Part shown: positions 17,687 through 27,465 of the stretch, piece after piece
How positions within the stretch are numbered: the first letter of the stretch is position 1
How the letters are laid out: every line of letters starts with the position of its first letter
Notes under the pieces: model-generated
What the model was told of the DNA's origin: nothing
What the model saw: only the letters and a program-made list of their open reading frames with translations
The model's database searches: none
Position numbers and translations under genes: made by a program
Assembly: GCA_963822445.1 (NCBI GenBank)
Contig: CAWGHO010000003.1
Span: 1,664,001-1,728,000, forward strand
DNA: 64,000 bases
DNA from: an uncultured Acidobacteriota bacterium
Lineage (GTDB): Bacteria > Acidobacteriota > Thermoanaerobaculia > Gp7-AA8
Direction of reading: 5' to 3'

Positions 17687-20119
17687 ATGAACATCCTTAC
17701 CCGCTACATTCTCAAAGAGATGATCGGCCCGACCTTCCTCGGGTTCCTCTTCTACACATCGATCATCGTCATGCAGCGGCTCTTCGACATGGCCGCCATG
17801 ATCATCCGCCGGTCGCTGTCGGCCGACGCCGTCGGCCGCCTGCTCATGTACTCGCTGCCGAACATCGTCGTGCTGACCGTCCCCATGTCGATCCTCTTCG
17901 GGATCCTCATCGCCGTCGGCCGGCTCTCCTCGGATTCCGAAATCGTGGCCATGCGCGCCCTGGGCCTCTCCACGCGCACGATTTACCGGCCAGTCTTCTT
18001 CTTCAGCTTCGTGGCGTTCCTGCTGAACCTCTACCTGATCAACAACGTCCTGCCCCAGGGCAACCGCCAGTTCGTGGCGTTGCGCGCGGAGCTGATGACG
18101 TCCTCGGCCGAGAAAGCGATCAAGCCGCGGGTCTTCTACGACGAGTACCAGAACCTGATGATCTACGTGAACGACGTCGATCCGGCCACAGGGCTCTGGA
18201 AAGGCGTCTTCATCGCCGACAACCGGTCCGACGAGTCGCGCGACGCCACGAGCGCCTCTGCTGCCGCGGAAAATGTCACCGGCCCCCAGGACGATCCCGA
18301 GCTGGCCGCCCTCGGCCGCGACACGTCCGGCCAGCGCATGATCGTGGCCCGCAGCGGCACGCTGACCGTCAGCGAGCCGAGCAAAGACATCTGGATGAAT
18401 CTCACCGGCGCGGAGACCCACATCTGGAATCCCGCCAGGCCCGACCGTTACGACCACACCCGCAACAAGAGCCAGCGGCTGCTCCTGCCGTCACCGGCCG
18501 GCGAATTCGACGCGAGCACTCTGGTCCGGTCGCTTCGGGAGATGAACCTCCGGGAGCTGGTCGAACAGGAACGCCAGCTTCAGCGCGCGGACCGCGAGGA
18601 AGACCGCGTCACGCGCAACCTGGCCCGGGTCGAGATCCACAAGAAGTTCGCCATTCCATTTGCCTGCATCGCCTTTGGAATCCTGGGTTTACCGCTGGGC
18701 ATCACCAACCGGCGCGGCGGCAAAAGCTCAGGTTTTTCTTTAAGTATCCTGATCATCCTTTTCTACTACGTGATGATCAACAACGGCGAGCAGCTCGCCG
18801 CCCGCGGCCGCGTTCCGCCCGCCGTCGGGATGTGGGCCGCGAACCTGATGCTCCTCGCGCTGGGCATCTATCTTCTCGCCCGCGCCAACCGCGACGCCGG
18901 CGCGCGCCAGGCCGGCGGCGGCATCTTCGCCGTGGTCATCCGCACGATTCGTCGCCTCATCGTCCGCAAGCGGCCCGGTCCGGTCGTGGCCATCGAGGAC
19001 GAGCCGTCGCTCCTCAACCGCCTGGACATCACCTTCCCGAACATCCTCGATCGTTACGTGCTCCGCGAGTTCCTGAAGATCCTGGCCATGGTGCTGATCT
19101 CGGTCATCGCTTTGTTCGTGATCGTCGATTACAACGAGATCGCCAAGGACATCCGCGAGAACCGCATCGGTCTGTCGGTGCTGGCGACCTACTACCGCTT
19201 CCAGATCTTCCAGGTCATCGACTGGACGCTGCCGATCTCCGTGCTCGTCGCGACGCTCGTGACGTTCGGCATGCTCTCGAAGAACAACGAGGTCACGGCG
19301 ATGAAGGCGAACGGCGTCTCGCTGTACCGCGTCTCGCTGCCGATCGTGGCCGTCGCCGCGCTCGTTGGCGTGCTCGCCTACTTCGTTCGCGATTTCGTCC
19401 TGCCGTACTCGACCCGCCGCGTGCAGGAGGTGCGGCGCAGGATCGAAGGCAAGGAAACGCGCAGCGCCGCCACGCAACAGAAGCTCTGGTACCTCGGCGC
19501 AGGCCGCTACGTCATCAACTTCCTCTCGTACGACCGCACCCTGCGCCAGCTGTCACAGGTGCAGGTCTTCGAGTTTCATCCGACCGAGTTCCGCCTGGTT
19601 CGCCGCGTTTACGCCCGCACCGCCACATGGACCGGACTGGCGTGGCGCTTCGAGGACGGCTGGATCCGTTCGTTCCAGGACGACGGAAATTCGACGTTCA
19701 CGCCGATGACCCGGCCGGTCACGTTGTACTACCGCGAGACACCGGAAGACTTTGCGACCGAGGTGAAGGCGCCGGATCAGATGTCGTACGCGGAGCTGCG
19801 GACATACATCGAAGCCATTCGCGCCTCGGGATACGGCGCGGACGAGCTGGAAGTCGAGCTCTGGGAGAAAACCTCATGGCCGGCCATCAGCGTGGTCATG
19901 GCTCTGATCGCGTTGCCGTTTGCGTTTCGAATGGGCAAGCGCGGCGCGTTGTACGGCATCGGCCTCGCGCTCGTGCTGGGGATCGTCTATTGGATGGTCT
20001 TCGCCGTCTTCACCAAATTTGGCGAGGTCGGAAATCTCCCGCCGCTGTTATCGGCGTGGGCCGGAAACATCCTGTTCGCGATCGCGGCGGTTTACGGGTT
20101 TTTGCACGTGGAAACGTGA
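17687..20119 (+). CDS. Fused LptF/LptG LPS-export ABC permease
   Basis: Two tandem YjgP/YjgQ units: ILTRYI..GRLSSDSEIVAMRA.G and ILDRYV..SKNNEVTAMKA.GVS. Confidence 0.9.
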   Translation: MNILTRYILKEMIGPTFLGFLFYTSIIVMQRLFDMAAMIIRRSLSADAVGRLLMYSLPNIVVLTVPMSILFGILIAVGRLSSDSEIVAMRALGLSTRTIYRPVFFFSFVAFLLNLYLINNVLPQGNRQFVALRAELMTSSAEKAIKPRVFYDEYQNLMIYVNDVDPATGLWKGVFIADNRSDESRDATSASAAAENVTGPQDDPELAALGRDTSGQRMIVARSGTLTVSEPSKDIWMNLTGAETHIWNPARPDRYDHTRNKSQRLLLPSPAGEFDASTLVRSLREMNLRELVEQERQLQRADREEDRVTRNLARVEIHKKFAIPFACIAFGILGLPLGITNRRGGKSSGFSLSILIILFYYVMINNGEQLAARGRVPPAVGMWAANLMLLALGIYLLARANRDAGARQAGGGIFAVVIRTIRRLIVRKRPGPVVAIEDEPSLLNRLDITFPNILDRYVLREFLKILAMVLISVIALFVIVDYNEIAKDIRENRIGLSVLATYYRFQIFQVIDWTLPISVLVATLVTFGMLSKNNEVTAMKANGVSLYRVSLPIVAVAALVGVLAYFVRDFVLPYSTRRVQEVRRRIEGKETRSAATQQKLWYLGAGRYVINFLSYDRTLRQLSQVQVFEFHPTEFRLVRRVYARTATWTGLAWRFEDGWIRSFQDDGNSTFTPMTRPVTLYYRETPEDFATEVKAPDQMSYAELRTYIEAIRASGYGADELEVELWEKTSWPAISVVMALIALPFAFRMGKRGALYGIGLALVLGIVYWMVFAVFTKFGEVGNLPPLLSAWAGNILFAIAAVYGFLHVET

Positions 20120-22024
20120 TTACTTCACGGACAGCCGGTGCACGCCGCCGCCGCTGAATCCCACCAGCAGCGTCTTTCCTCCTGACTCGAGCGCGAGGTC
20201 GATCACGTCCTCATGCGGCGGCTCGCCGCCGACGCGCGACCAGGTCTTGCCGTCGTCGGTCGAGCGGAAGATGCCCTCCCTCAGCGCCCCTGCCCAGATC
20301 GTTTCCGCCGCTGCATCGAACAGAAGTACGGTCACGTTGAGGTCCTTGACGCTCCCGCCCACCGCGGTCCAGGTCTTTCCGGCGTCGGCAGAGCGGTAGA
20401 TGCCCTGATGCGTTCCCGCGAAAAGATCCTGGGGCGTCCTGGCGGCGATGATCGTCTGAATGCGCGACGTCGGCGGGATGCCCGTGCCATTCGTCCAGTT
20501 CGTGCCGCCGTCCGTGGAGAGGTAGAGATTGCGGTCCGTGTTGAACGCGATCCTGTCCGGCTCCGTGGCGTCCACGTAAAACGCGAACCGGCCGAGCATC
20601 GAGCTGTCCGGACGCGGCGTCTTCACCTCTTTCCAGGTCACTCCGGCGTCGTCGCTGCGCATGACCTGGCAGAAGTCCCTTCCGCTGTGCGCGTACACCC
20701 GCTTGGGATTCGAGGGCGCGAAACGGAGGTGCTGGACCACCGGATCGCAACCGCCTTTCAGCGTGTGCGTCCACGACGCGCCGCTGTCCGTCGATCGAAA
20801 GGCGCCTTCGGTCGTGCCGACCATGAACGTTCCCTTCGCGGTCGGATGCGCGGCCAGCGAATGCACGGAGCGGTCGGTCATCTCTTCATTCGAAAGCACC
20901 CACGTCGCGCCACCATCGTCCGAGCGGTGCACGCCGGCCTGCGTAGAACCGACGAAGATCCGTTTCGGCGACGCGGGATCGATCAGCACCGAGGTGACCT
21001 GCAGTGAGAGGAAGCCGGCGCCGGTCGTCCAGGTCGCACCGCCGTCCGTCGACTTGACCACGCCGTCGCGGCCCGTGCCGCCCCAGATCGTTCCCGATTT
21101 CTCGTCGATCGCGACCGAGCGGAAGTTGATCCAGTTGAAGCCTTTCGTGATCGTCTTCCAGCTTTCGCCGCCGTCGGTGGATCGCAGGATTCGGTTAGGA
21201 ATCCCCGCGTAAAGAAGACCGGGCGTCGCCGTCGAGCTGACCAGTGAGTAGACGCGGTTGCCGCTCATCCTCGCGTCGGTCGTGGCCACGGTCCAGGTCG
21301 TCCCTCCATCGACGGTGCGCCAGATCCCATCGCCCTGCGTTCCGGCCACGACGAGCCCCTCGGGACCAGTGGCGACGCTGTGGACCGCTTTTCCGGACAA
21401 CGTCAGCTTCCAGGTCGCACCGCCGTCATCCGACTGATAAACGCCGTCGGAGGATGCAGCGAACACCGACGCGCTGTCGCGCGCGACGGCGACGTTGTAA
21501 ACGCGTGAGTTCTGATGAATGCCGCCGTTCGCGGCCTTCCAGGTCGCGCCGGAATCGGTGGACTTGAACACACCGTGCGGATTCCCATCGGAATCCGAGC
21601 TCGCGTACACAGTGGTGGGTTTGCCGGGATCGAAGGCAAAGCCGGTCATCTCCGGCTGGCTGATTTTCTGGTCCAGCACTCTCTTCCAGGTCGCTCCAGC
21701 GTCGGTGGACCTGTAGAGAGCGAGCGGGCTGGCGGCGAGGATGATTCGCGAGTCGACCGGACTCACCGCGACTCCGTTGAAGGTCTCGCCGATGGGTGCG
21801 CCCGCGAGCCGCGTCCAGGTCGCGCCGCCATCCTTCGACTTCCACACGCCGCCGCCCCACGTCCCCGCGTAGAGCACGTTCGCGTCCTTCGGATCAATCG
21901 TCAGCCCGTAAACGGCGCCTCCCGGCGGGCCGACCGGCGTCCAGGGCGATGCGGCGAAGAGAGTGCCGGCGATGCAGAGCAGCGCCAACGCGAAGAGCGT
22001 GCGAAGCAGAGCGCGTGTTGTCAT
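20120..22024 (-). CDS. Secreted BNR/Asp-box repeat beta-propeller (VPS10/xyloglucanase-like)
   Basis: Signal peptide; many S.D.G.TW Asp-box repeats. Confidence 0.88.
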   Translation of the reverse strand: MTTRALLRTLFALALLCIAGTLFAASPWTPVGPPGGAVYGLTIDPKDANVLYAGTWGGGVWKSKDGGATWTRLAGAPIGETFNGVAVSPVDSRIILAASPLALYRSTDAGATWKRVLDQKISQPEMTGFAFDPGKPTTVYASSDSDGNPHGVFKSTDSGATWKAANGGIHQNSRVYNVAVARDSASVFAASSDGVYQSDDGGATWKLTLSGKAVHSVATGPEGLVVAGTQGDGIWRTVDGGTTWTVATTDARMSGNRVYSLVSSTATPGLLYAGIPNRILRSTDGGESWKTITKGFNWINFRSVAIDEKSGTIWGGTGRDGVVKSTDGGATWTTGAGFLSLQVTSVLIDPASPKRIFVGSTQAGVHRSDDGGATWVLSNEEMTDRSVHSLAAHPTAKGTFMVGTTEGAFRSTDSGASWTHTLKGGCDPVVQHLRFAPSNPKRVYAHSGRDFCQVMRSDDAGVTWKEVKTPRPDSSMLGRFAFYVDATEPDRIAFNTDRNLYLSTDGGTNWTNGTGIPPTSRIQTIIAARTPQDLFAGTHQGIYRSADAGKTWTAVGGSVKDLNVTVLLFDAAAETIWAGALREGIFRSTDDGKTWSRVGGEPPHEDVIDLALESGGKTLLVGFSGGGVHRLSVK

Positions 22025-22077
22025 GGCGACGGAAAACGTACCACGGGCGCCAACACCCCCGCTGCTATCCTCTGCGA

Positions 22078-24549
22078 GTGCTGGCGGCCGGCGAACGCAT
22101 CGAGCATTACGAGATCATCGCGCTCATCGGTGCGGGCGGCATGGGCGAGGTCTATCGCGCGCACGACACGCGCATCCGCCGCGATGTTGCGTTGAAAGTG
22201 CTGCCGATGCTCCGCCGCGACGCCGACTCCCTGCGGCGTTTCGAGCAGGAAGCGCGGGCCGCGGGGATGCTCAACCACCCGAACATCCTCACCGTTTTCG
22301 ACGTCGGGATGCACGACGACGCACCGTTCATCGTGTCCGAATTGCTCGAAGGGAGCTCGCTGCGGGACGAGCTCACTCGTGCGCGGCTCCCACTCCGCCG
22401 AGCGCTCGACTACGCGTCGCAGATCGGCCAGGGCCTGGCCGCGGCACACGACAAAGGCATCGTCCATCGCGATCTGAAGCCGGAGAACGTCTTCGTGCTC
22501 GACGACGGCCGGGTGAAACTGCTCGACTTCGGCCTGGTCAAGCTGCTGCGACCCGACTCGATCTCTCCGAGTGAGGAGACGCAGCGCCAGCCGACGAACC
22601 CCGGCGTGGTCCTCGGCACCGTCGGATACATGTCCCCGGAGCAGGTCCGCGGCGGGCCCGTCGATCATCGCTCGGACATCTTCTCCCTCGGCGTCCTGCT
22701 CTTCGAGATGGTCAGCGGCCGGCAACCATTCCATCGCGACAGCGCGGTGGAGACGATGAACGCGATCCTGCACGACGACCTGCCTGCGACCACGGTCGTG
22801 CCGGCCGGACTGGCGCGGATCATCGGGCACGCCGTCGAGAAGAAGGCCGGCAATCGCTTCCAGTCGTCGCGGGACATCGCCTTCGCCCTCGAAGCGATCA
22901 GCGACAGCGAGACCAGCGCGACACCGGCGATCAAGCCTTCGCGCCGCAAGAGCGAGAAACCGGCGCCGGTTCACTATCACCGCGTCACGTTCCGGCCCGG
23001 ATTCGTCATGAGCGCACGGTTCGCACCGGACGGGTCGGTGGTGTACGGCGCGGCATGGCAGGAGGACGACGTCGAGGTTTTCTCGTCGATCCTCTCCACG
23101 CCCGAATCGCGATCGATCCTCGCGGGCGCCGACGTGCATTCCGTGGCGCCGTCCGGCGAGCTGGCGGTCTCCCTCGGGCGGCATTTCCTTGGCGGGTACG
23201 TCATGAATGGGACGCTGGCGCGTGCCCCCCTCGCCGGAGGTCCTCCCCGGCTCATCTGCGAGAGCGTGCAGGATGCGCAGTGGACGCGCGACGGCCGGGA
23301 CTTCCTCATCGTCCGGCACGTCGAAGGCGTCTACCGCATCGAGTCGCCGATCGACAACGTGCTCTATGAGACGCCCACCTGGATCAGCCACGCGCTGTTC
23401 TCGCCGAACGAACAGGCCATCGCATTCCTCGAGCATCGCGTGTGGGGCGACGATGGTGGAACGCTCGTCGTGATCGACCGCGAAGGGCGGGAGATCGTCC
23501 GCGGTACCACTACCTGGAACAGCACCGCGGGCCTGGCCTGGACGCCGAAGGGAGACGAGATCTGGGTCGCCGCGGAGACGACCGGTGACGGCCGCGCCCT
23601 CGTGGCCACGACGCTCGCGGGACGACAGCGCACCGTTCAATCGTTTCCCGGACGTGTGTCCGTGCACGACATCGCGCCGGACGGACGCGTGCTCATCGCC
23701 CTCGAGAGCGGCCGCCGGGAGATCATGGCCGGCCGTCGCGGAACGAACGAAGAGCGAAACCTCTCCTGGTTCGACTGGTCCTGGCTGTCCGCGCTGAGCC
23801 GCAACGGGACGTTCGTGCTGATCGAAGAGCAGGCCGCCGCGGCGCGCGGAAAACATCTGCTCTACATCCGCGGCACCGACGGTTCACCCGCTGTCCGCAT
23901 CGGCGAGGGACGTGCGCGCGGAATGGCCATTTCACCCGATGAGCGCTGGGTCGCCGTGCTCTCAGATGAAAGCCAGGAACTGCAACTGCTCCCCCTCGGC
24001 GTGGGCCAGCCGCGGCGGATCGCCTGCAATGGCCTCAACCACTCGATGTGGTGGCAGTTCACGCCGGACGGCCGCCGGCTGATCATTCTCGCCTTTCGAA
24101 CGAATGAGCCGATGCGCCTGTTCGAGGTGGCCATCGACGGCGACGGCACTCCGCGGCCATTGACGAACGAGCCGGTCGGCTGGCCGTGCGTGCTCTCGAC
24201 GGATGGGAAGTGGGTCGCCGCGACTGGTACCAATCAACGCATCGTGCTCTTCTCGACGGAGGCGTTCGAGTCGCGAACCGCTCCCGGATGCACGGAGTCG
24301 GACGTTGCGATCGGATGGACGGAAGACAGCCGGTGTTTGTACGTGTATACGAGAGGTCGCACGACCGTCCCCGTGTATCGCGTCGATGTGACCACCGGAG
24401 AGCGCGAAGAGTGGCTGACGCTCGAGCCGCCCGATCCCGCGGGCGTGCTCGACATCATGCCGGTCACCATCACCGCCGACGGCGAGGCGTATGCGTACGG
24501 ATACCGCCGCCTGCTCGCCGATCTGTACATCGTCACGGGGTTACTCTGA
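22078..24549 (+). CDS. Ser/Thr protein kinase with C-terminal TolB-like beta-propeller
   Basis: GAGGMGEVY, VALK, HRDLKPEN, DFGL, GTVGYMSPEQ; repeated SPDG-type blades; GTG start 22078. Confidence 0.93.
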   Translation: MLAAGERIEHYEIIALIGAGGMGEVYRAHDTRIRRDVALKVLPMLRRDADSLRRFEQEARAAGMLNHPNILTVFDVGMHDDAPFIVSELLEGSSLRDELTRARLPLRRALDYASQIGQGLAAAHDKGIVHRDLKPENVFVLDDGRVKLLDFGLVKLLRPDSISPSEETQRQPTNPGVVLGTVGYMSPEQVRGGPVDHRSDIFSLGVLLFEMVSGRQPFHRDSAVETMNAILHDDLPATTVVPAGLARIIGHAVEKKAGNRFQSSRDIAFALEAISDSETSATPAIKPSRRKSEKPAPVHYHRVTFRPGFVMSARFAPDGSVVYGAAWQEDDVEVFSSILSTPESRSILAGADVHSVAPSGELAVSLGRHFLGGYVMNGTLARAPLAGGPPRLICESVQDAQWTRDGRDFLIVRHVEGVYRIESPIDNVLYETPTWISHALFSPNEQAIAFLEHRVWGDDGGTLVVIDREGREIVRGTTTWNSTAGLAWTPKGDEIWVAAETTGDGRALVATTLAGRQRTVQSFPGRVSVHDIAPDGRVLIALESGRREIMAGRRGTNEERNLSWFDWSWLSALSRNGTFVLIEEQAAAARGKHLLYIRGTDGSPAVRIGEGRARGMAISPDERWVAVLSDESQELQLLPLGVGQPRRIACNGLNHSMWWQFTPDGRRLIILAFRTNEPMRLFEVAIDGDGTPRPLTNEPVGWPCVLSTDGKWVAATGTNQRIVLFSTEAFESRTAPGCTESDVAIGWTEDSRCLYVYTRGRTTVPVYRVDVTTGEREEWLTLEPPDPAGVLDIMPVTITADGEAYAYGYRRLLADLYIVTGLL

Positions 24550-24565
24550 TAAGTGAGGCAGAAGA

Positions 24566-25291
24566 ATGAGAAAGACCGCAGTCGCCCTGTTTACGATCGT
24601 ATTGATGACCGGCTGCGTAACCAGCCGCCAGGCCAGAACCATCGAGCCCAGCGCATTCCTCGGCGAATCCGCCGCGCTCCTCGAGAAGGGTGACAAACAG
24701 GAGTCGCTGCTCGTCTACCGCAACGGGCGCGCGGACTGGCGTTCGTTCGACAAGATCCTGCTCGACCCGGTGCAGGTCTGGAGCGCGAAGCCGTCGACGC
24801 TTCCGTCCGACCAGGCCGCCGACTATCAGAAGATGGTCGACAGCTTTCATCTGACGCTTCACGAAAAGCTGGCGCGCAGCTACGAGATGGTGGACGTTCC
24901 TGCTGCGAATGCGTTCCGCATCCAGATGGCTCTCGTCAACGGATCGCAGGCCAACCAGACCCTGAAAGTGGCGAAGCTGATTGCGCCCTACGCCGGCGTC
25001 GCCGATTTCCTCTGGACCTTCGCGACGGGCAAGCCGGCGTTCGCCGGAGAAGTGTCGCTCGAATACATGATCAGGGATGCGCAGACCGGCGAGCTTCTCG
25101 CCGCCGGCGCTGACCGCCGCGTCGGCGGCAACCAGGTCGGCAAAGCCACATTCACCAGCTGGGGCGACGTGAAGAACATCCTCACCTACTGGTCGGACCT
25201 GACCGTCTATCGTCTGTGTGTCGATCGCGGTGACACCGGCTGTCAACGGCCCGGCGCGGGATTGACGCAGCCGGCCGCGCCTGGGAGATGA
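24566..25291 (+). CDS. DUF3313-like lipoprotein
   Basis: Lipobox LMTGC; SAFLG..LL, LLDPV, D..TGELLAA..DRR. Confidence 0.75.
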   Translation: MRKTAVALFTIVLMTGCVTSRQARTIEPSAFLGESAALLEKGDKQESLLVYRNGRADWRSFDKILLDPVQVWSAKPSTLPSDQAADYQKMVDSFHLTLHEKLARSYEMVDVPAANAFRIQMALVNGSQANQTLKVAKLIAPYAGVADFLWTFATGKPAFAGEVSLEYMIRDAQTGELLAAGADRRVGGNQVGKATFTSWGDVKNILTYWSDLTVYRLCVDRGDTGCQRPGAGLTQPAAPGR

Positions 25292-25295
25292 AACG

Positions 25296-25889
25296 ATGCC
25301 GAAGAAACTCACCGACGAAGACAGCCGCTTCTACGCGCTGCTCGAGCGTCTCTTCAAGGAGATCGATCAGGAGTCGATTCAGGCCGAGGTCGAGGCGCTG
25401 AAGAAGGCGAAGCCGGAGATGTCTCGCGAGAAGCTCGCGGATCACCTCACGAAGAAGGCGTCCGTGCGCGTCGCGAGCGTCGGTGCGGCCGCGGGGATTC
25501 CCGGAGGACCGCTGGCGGTTCTGGCCATGGCCCCCGACATCTTCAATCTCGTCATGCAGCAGAGCCGTCTCATTCTCTCGATCGCATTTCTGTACGATCG
25601 CAAAGCCAATCTGAAGCAGCGCTTCAATGAAGTCCTGGCGACGCTGGCCGTTGCCACGGGCGCGTCGGCCGGGCGTCTCGGCGTCCGCGTCCTGCTCGCG
25701 AAAGGTCTCGAGCAAACGGTGGCGAAGAAGCTGGCCAGGAAGATCTTCGGCCGCTTTCTCGCGCGGAAGGTGCCGATGATCGCGCCGGCGCTCGGGACCG
25801 TCGCCGGCGCGTCGATCAACTACTTCTCCATGCGTGCGGTCGGAAAAGCGGCGGTGGCCTTTTACAGCAGAGCAGAGGAAAAATCCTGA
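25296..25889 (+). CDS. EcsC-like protein
   Basis: GAAAGIPGG..PD..Q..L..IA..Y; C-terminal GA.INY..R.VG..A..FY. Confidence 0.65.
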   Translation: MPKKLTDEDSRFYALLERLFKEIDQESIQAEVEALKKAKPEMSREKLADHLTKKASVRVASVGAAAGIPGGPLAVLAMAPDIFNLVMQQSRLILSIAFLYDRKANLKQRFNEVLATLAVATGASAGRLGVRVLLAKGLEQTVAKKLARKIFGRFLARKVPMIAPALGTVAGASINYFSMRAVGKAAVAFYSRAEEKS

Positions 25890-26317
25890 TGAAACGATTC
25901 ACAGTCGCAGTGCTCGCTCTTGCCGTAATCGCAGCCGTGCCGATGCAGGCCGGAACAGTCTGCGAGATGACCTTCACGATGAGCGGCTGGTCCGCGTTCT
26001 ACAAAGCGTCGTCGGGCACGGGCACGATCAAGTGCGACAACGGCGAGAGAGCGAAAGTGAAGCTGTCTGCAAAGGGCGGTGGGATTACCTTCGGACGCTC
26101 GAAGATCAAGGACGCCATCGGCAAGTTCACCGAAGTCGACTCGATCTCCGACCTGTTCGGCTCTTATGCTCAGGGTGAAGCCCATGCCGGGGCCGGCAAG
26201 TCCGCGAAGGCATCGGTCGTCACGAAGGGCGACATCTCGCTCGCCATCGCCGGCAAGGGCACGGGCGTCGACGTCGGGATCGCCTTCGGCAAGTTCACGA
26301 TCGAAAAGGCGAAGTGA
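25889..26317 (+). CDS. Hypothetical secreted beta-rich protein
   Basis: Signal peptide, two Cys, Gly-rich strands; TGATG overlap with upstream stop. Confidence 0.75.
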   Translation: MKRFTVAVLALAVIAAVPMQAGTVCEMTFTMSGWSAFYKASSGTGTIKCDNGERAKVKLSAKGGGITFGRSKIKDAIGKFTEVDSISDLFGSYAQGEAHAGAGKSAKASVVTKGDISLAIAGKGTGVDVGIAFGKFTIEKAK

Positions 26318-26494
26318 TTACTTGATCTGCTCCGGCCTGTTGTCGGCCAGACCTTCGCCGAGGCCGTCCTTCTCGCGCGGGGATTCCTGGCCGGAGTGCT
26401 CGCCGTGGGCAGGTCCGTCGTAGCCGAGAGCCTCATCGCCGACGATCGCGTCGATCTTCGTGTTCTGCTCTTCGGTTGATTTTTCGTCGCTCAT
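26318..26494 (-). CDS. Small acidic hydrophilic protein (58 aa)
   Basis: MSDEKSTEEQNTK...RPEQIK with GC-typical codons; fills the gap between two + strand genes. Confidence 0.5.
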   Translation of the reverse strand: MSDEKSTEEQNTKIDAIVGDEALGYDGPAHGEHSGQESPREKDGLGEGLADNRPEQIK

Positions 26495-26571
26495 GACCGG
26501 TTCAAAGAGCAAGGACCGCTCCACTTGTGACCGCTGTTCCAAGTCTCGGGGTATGAAGGAGTAAGCAGGAC

Positions 26572-27399
26572 ATGGACGTTCAACGGATTGCTGCATTCTC
26601 GGATGGCGATGCCGGCGGAAACCCCGCCGGCGTCGTGATCGCCGATGCGTTTCCCGCGGAAGCGGAGATGCGGCGGATCGCGGCGGACGTCGGCTTTTCC
26701 GAAACCGCCTTCGCGGTTTCGATCGCCGATGGCTGGCGGGTGCGTTACTTCTCGCCCGAATCGGAAGTGCCGTTCTGCGGCCACGCCACGATCGCGCTCG
26801 GCGCTGCATTGGCCCTGCGGTTCGGTGACGGCGTGTACACGCTGACGCTGAACGAAGCCCGCATCACCGTCGAAGGACGTGCGAGCGGAGGCCTGGTCGA
26901 AGCGGCGCTGCAGTCCCCGCCGACGCGCGGCGTTCCCGCGCAGCCGTGGCTCATCGAAGACGCGCTGGAGCTCTTCGGGTTATCGGAAGACGATCTCGAT
27001 CCGCGCATTCCGCCGGCGATCGTGCATGGCGGGGCGGATCATCTGCTTCTCGCCCTCCGCGACCGCGCCACTCTGGCATCGATGCGTTATGACCTCGACG
27101 CCGGCCGCATCCTGATGAACCGCGATGGGCTGGTCACGATCGTTCTTGCGTACGCCGAAACGCCGCAACTCTTTCACACGCGCAATGCCTTCGCGTCCGG
27201 CGGCGTCTACGAAGATCCCGCGACAGGCGCCGCCACGGCCGCTCTGGCCGGCTACCTCCGCGACATCGGCTGGCCGCACGGCGGCCACATCGACGTCGTG
27301 CAGGGCGAAGACATGGGCATGCGCTCGCGGTTGCGCGCGGAGATTCCGGCCGAAAAGGGCAGCTCGATCAGGGTCTCGGGCACGGCGCGGCGCATGTGA
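26572..27399 (+). CDS. PhzF family isomerase/epimerase
   Basis: AAF..GGNPAGV, SETAF, RYFSP..EVPFCGHAT, EDPATGAA, QGEDMG. Confidence 0.93.
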   Translation: MDVQRIAAFSDGDAGGNPAGVVIADAFPAEAEMRRIAADVGFSETAFAVSIADGWRVRYFSPESEVPFCGHATIALGAALALRFGDGVYTLTLNEARITVEGRASGGLVEAALQSPPTRGVPAQPWLIEDALELFGLSEDDLDPRIPPAIVHGGADHLLLALRDRATLASMRYDLDAGRILMNRDGLVTIVLAYAETPQLFHTRNAFASGGVYEDPATGAATAALAGYLRDIGWPHGGHIDVVQGEDMGMRSRLRAEIPAEKGSSIRVSGTARRM

Positions 27400-27465
27400 C
27401 GCGGATCGCGTTCGCGGCAGCCGTACGCGCATCAGCGCAGCAACCAGCGCCGCCGGCCGTGCCGG

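Noticed and set aside
20098-20116. parS-like sequence around CACGTG at the end of lptFG
   Set aside because: The flanks do not match the TGTTTCACGTGAAACA palindrome, and it lies in coding sequence.
17687-20119. LptF-LptG fusion as a novelty
   Set aside because: To my knowledge such fusions are already common in Acidobacteriota annotations; kept as a feature only.
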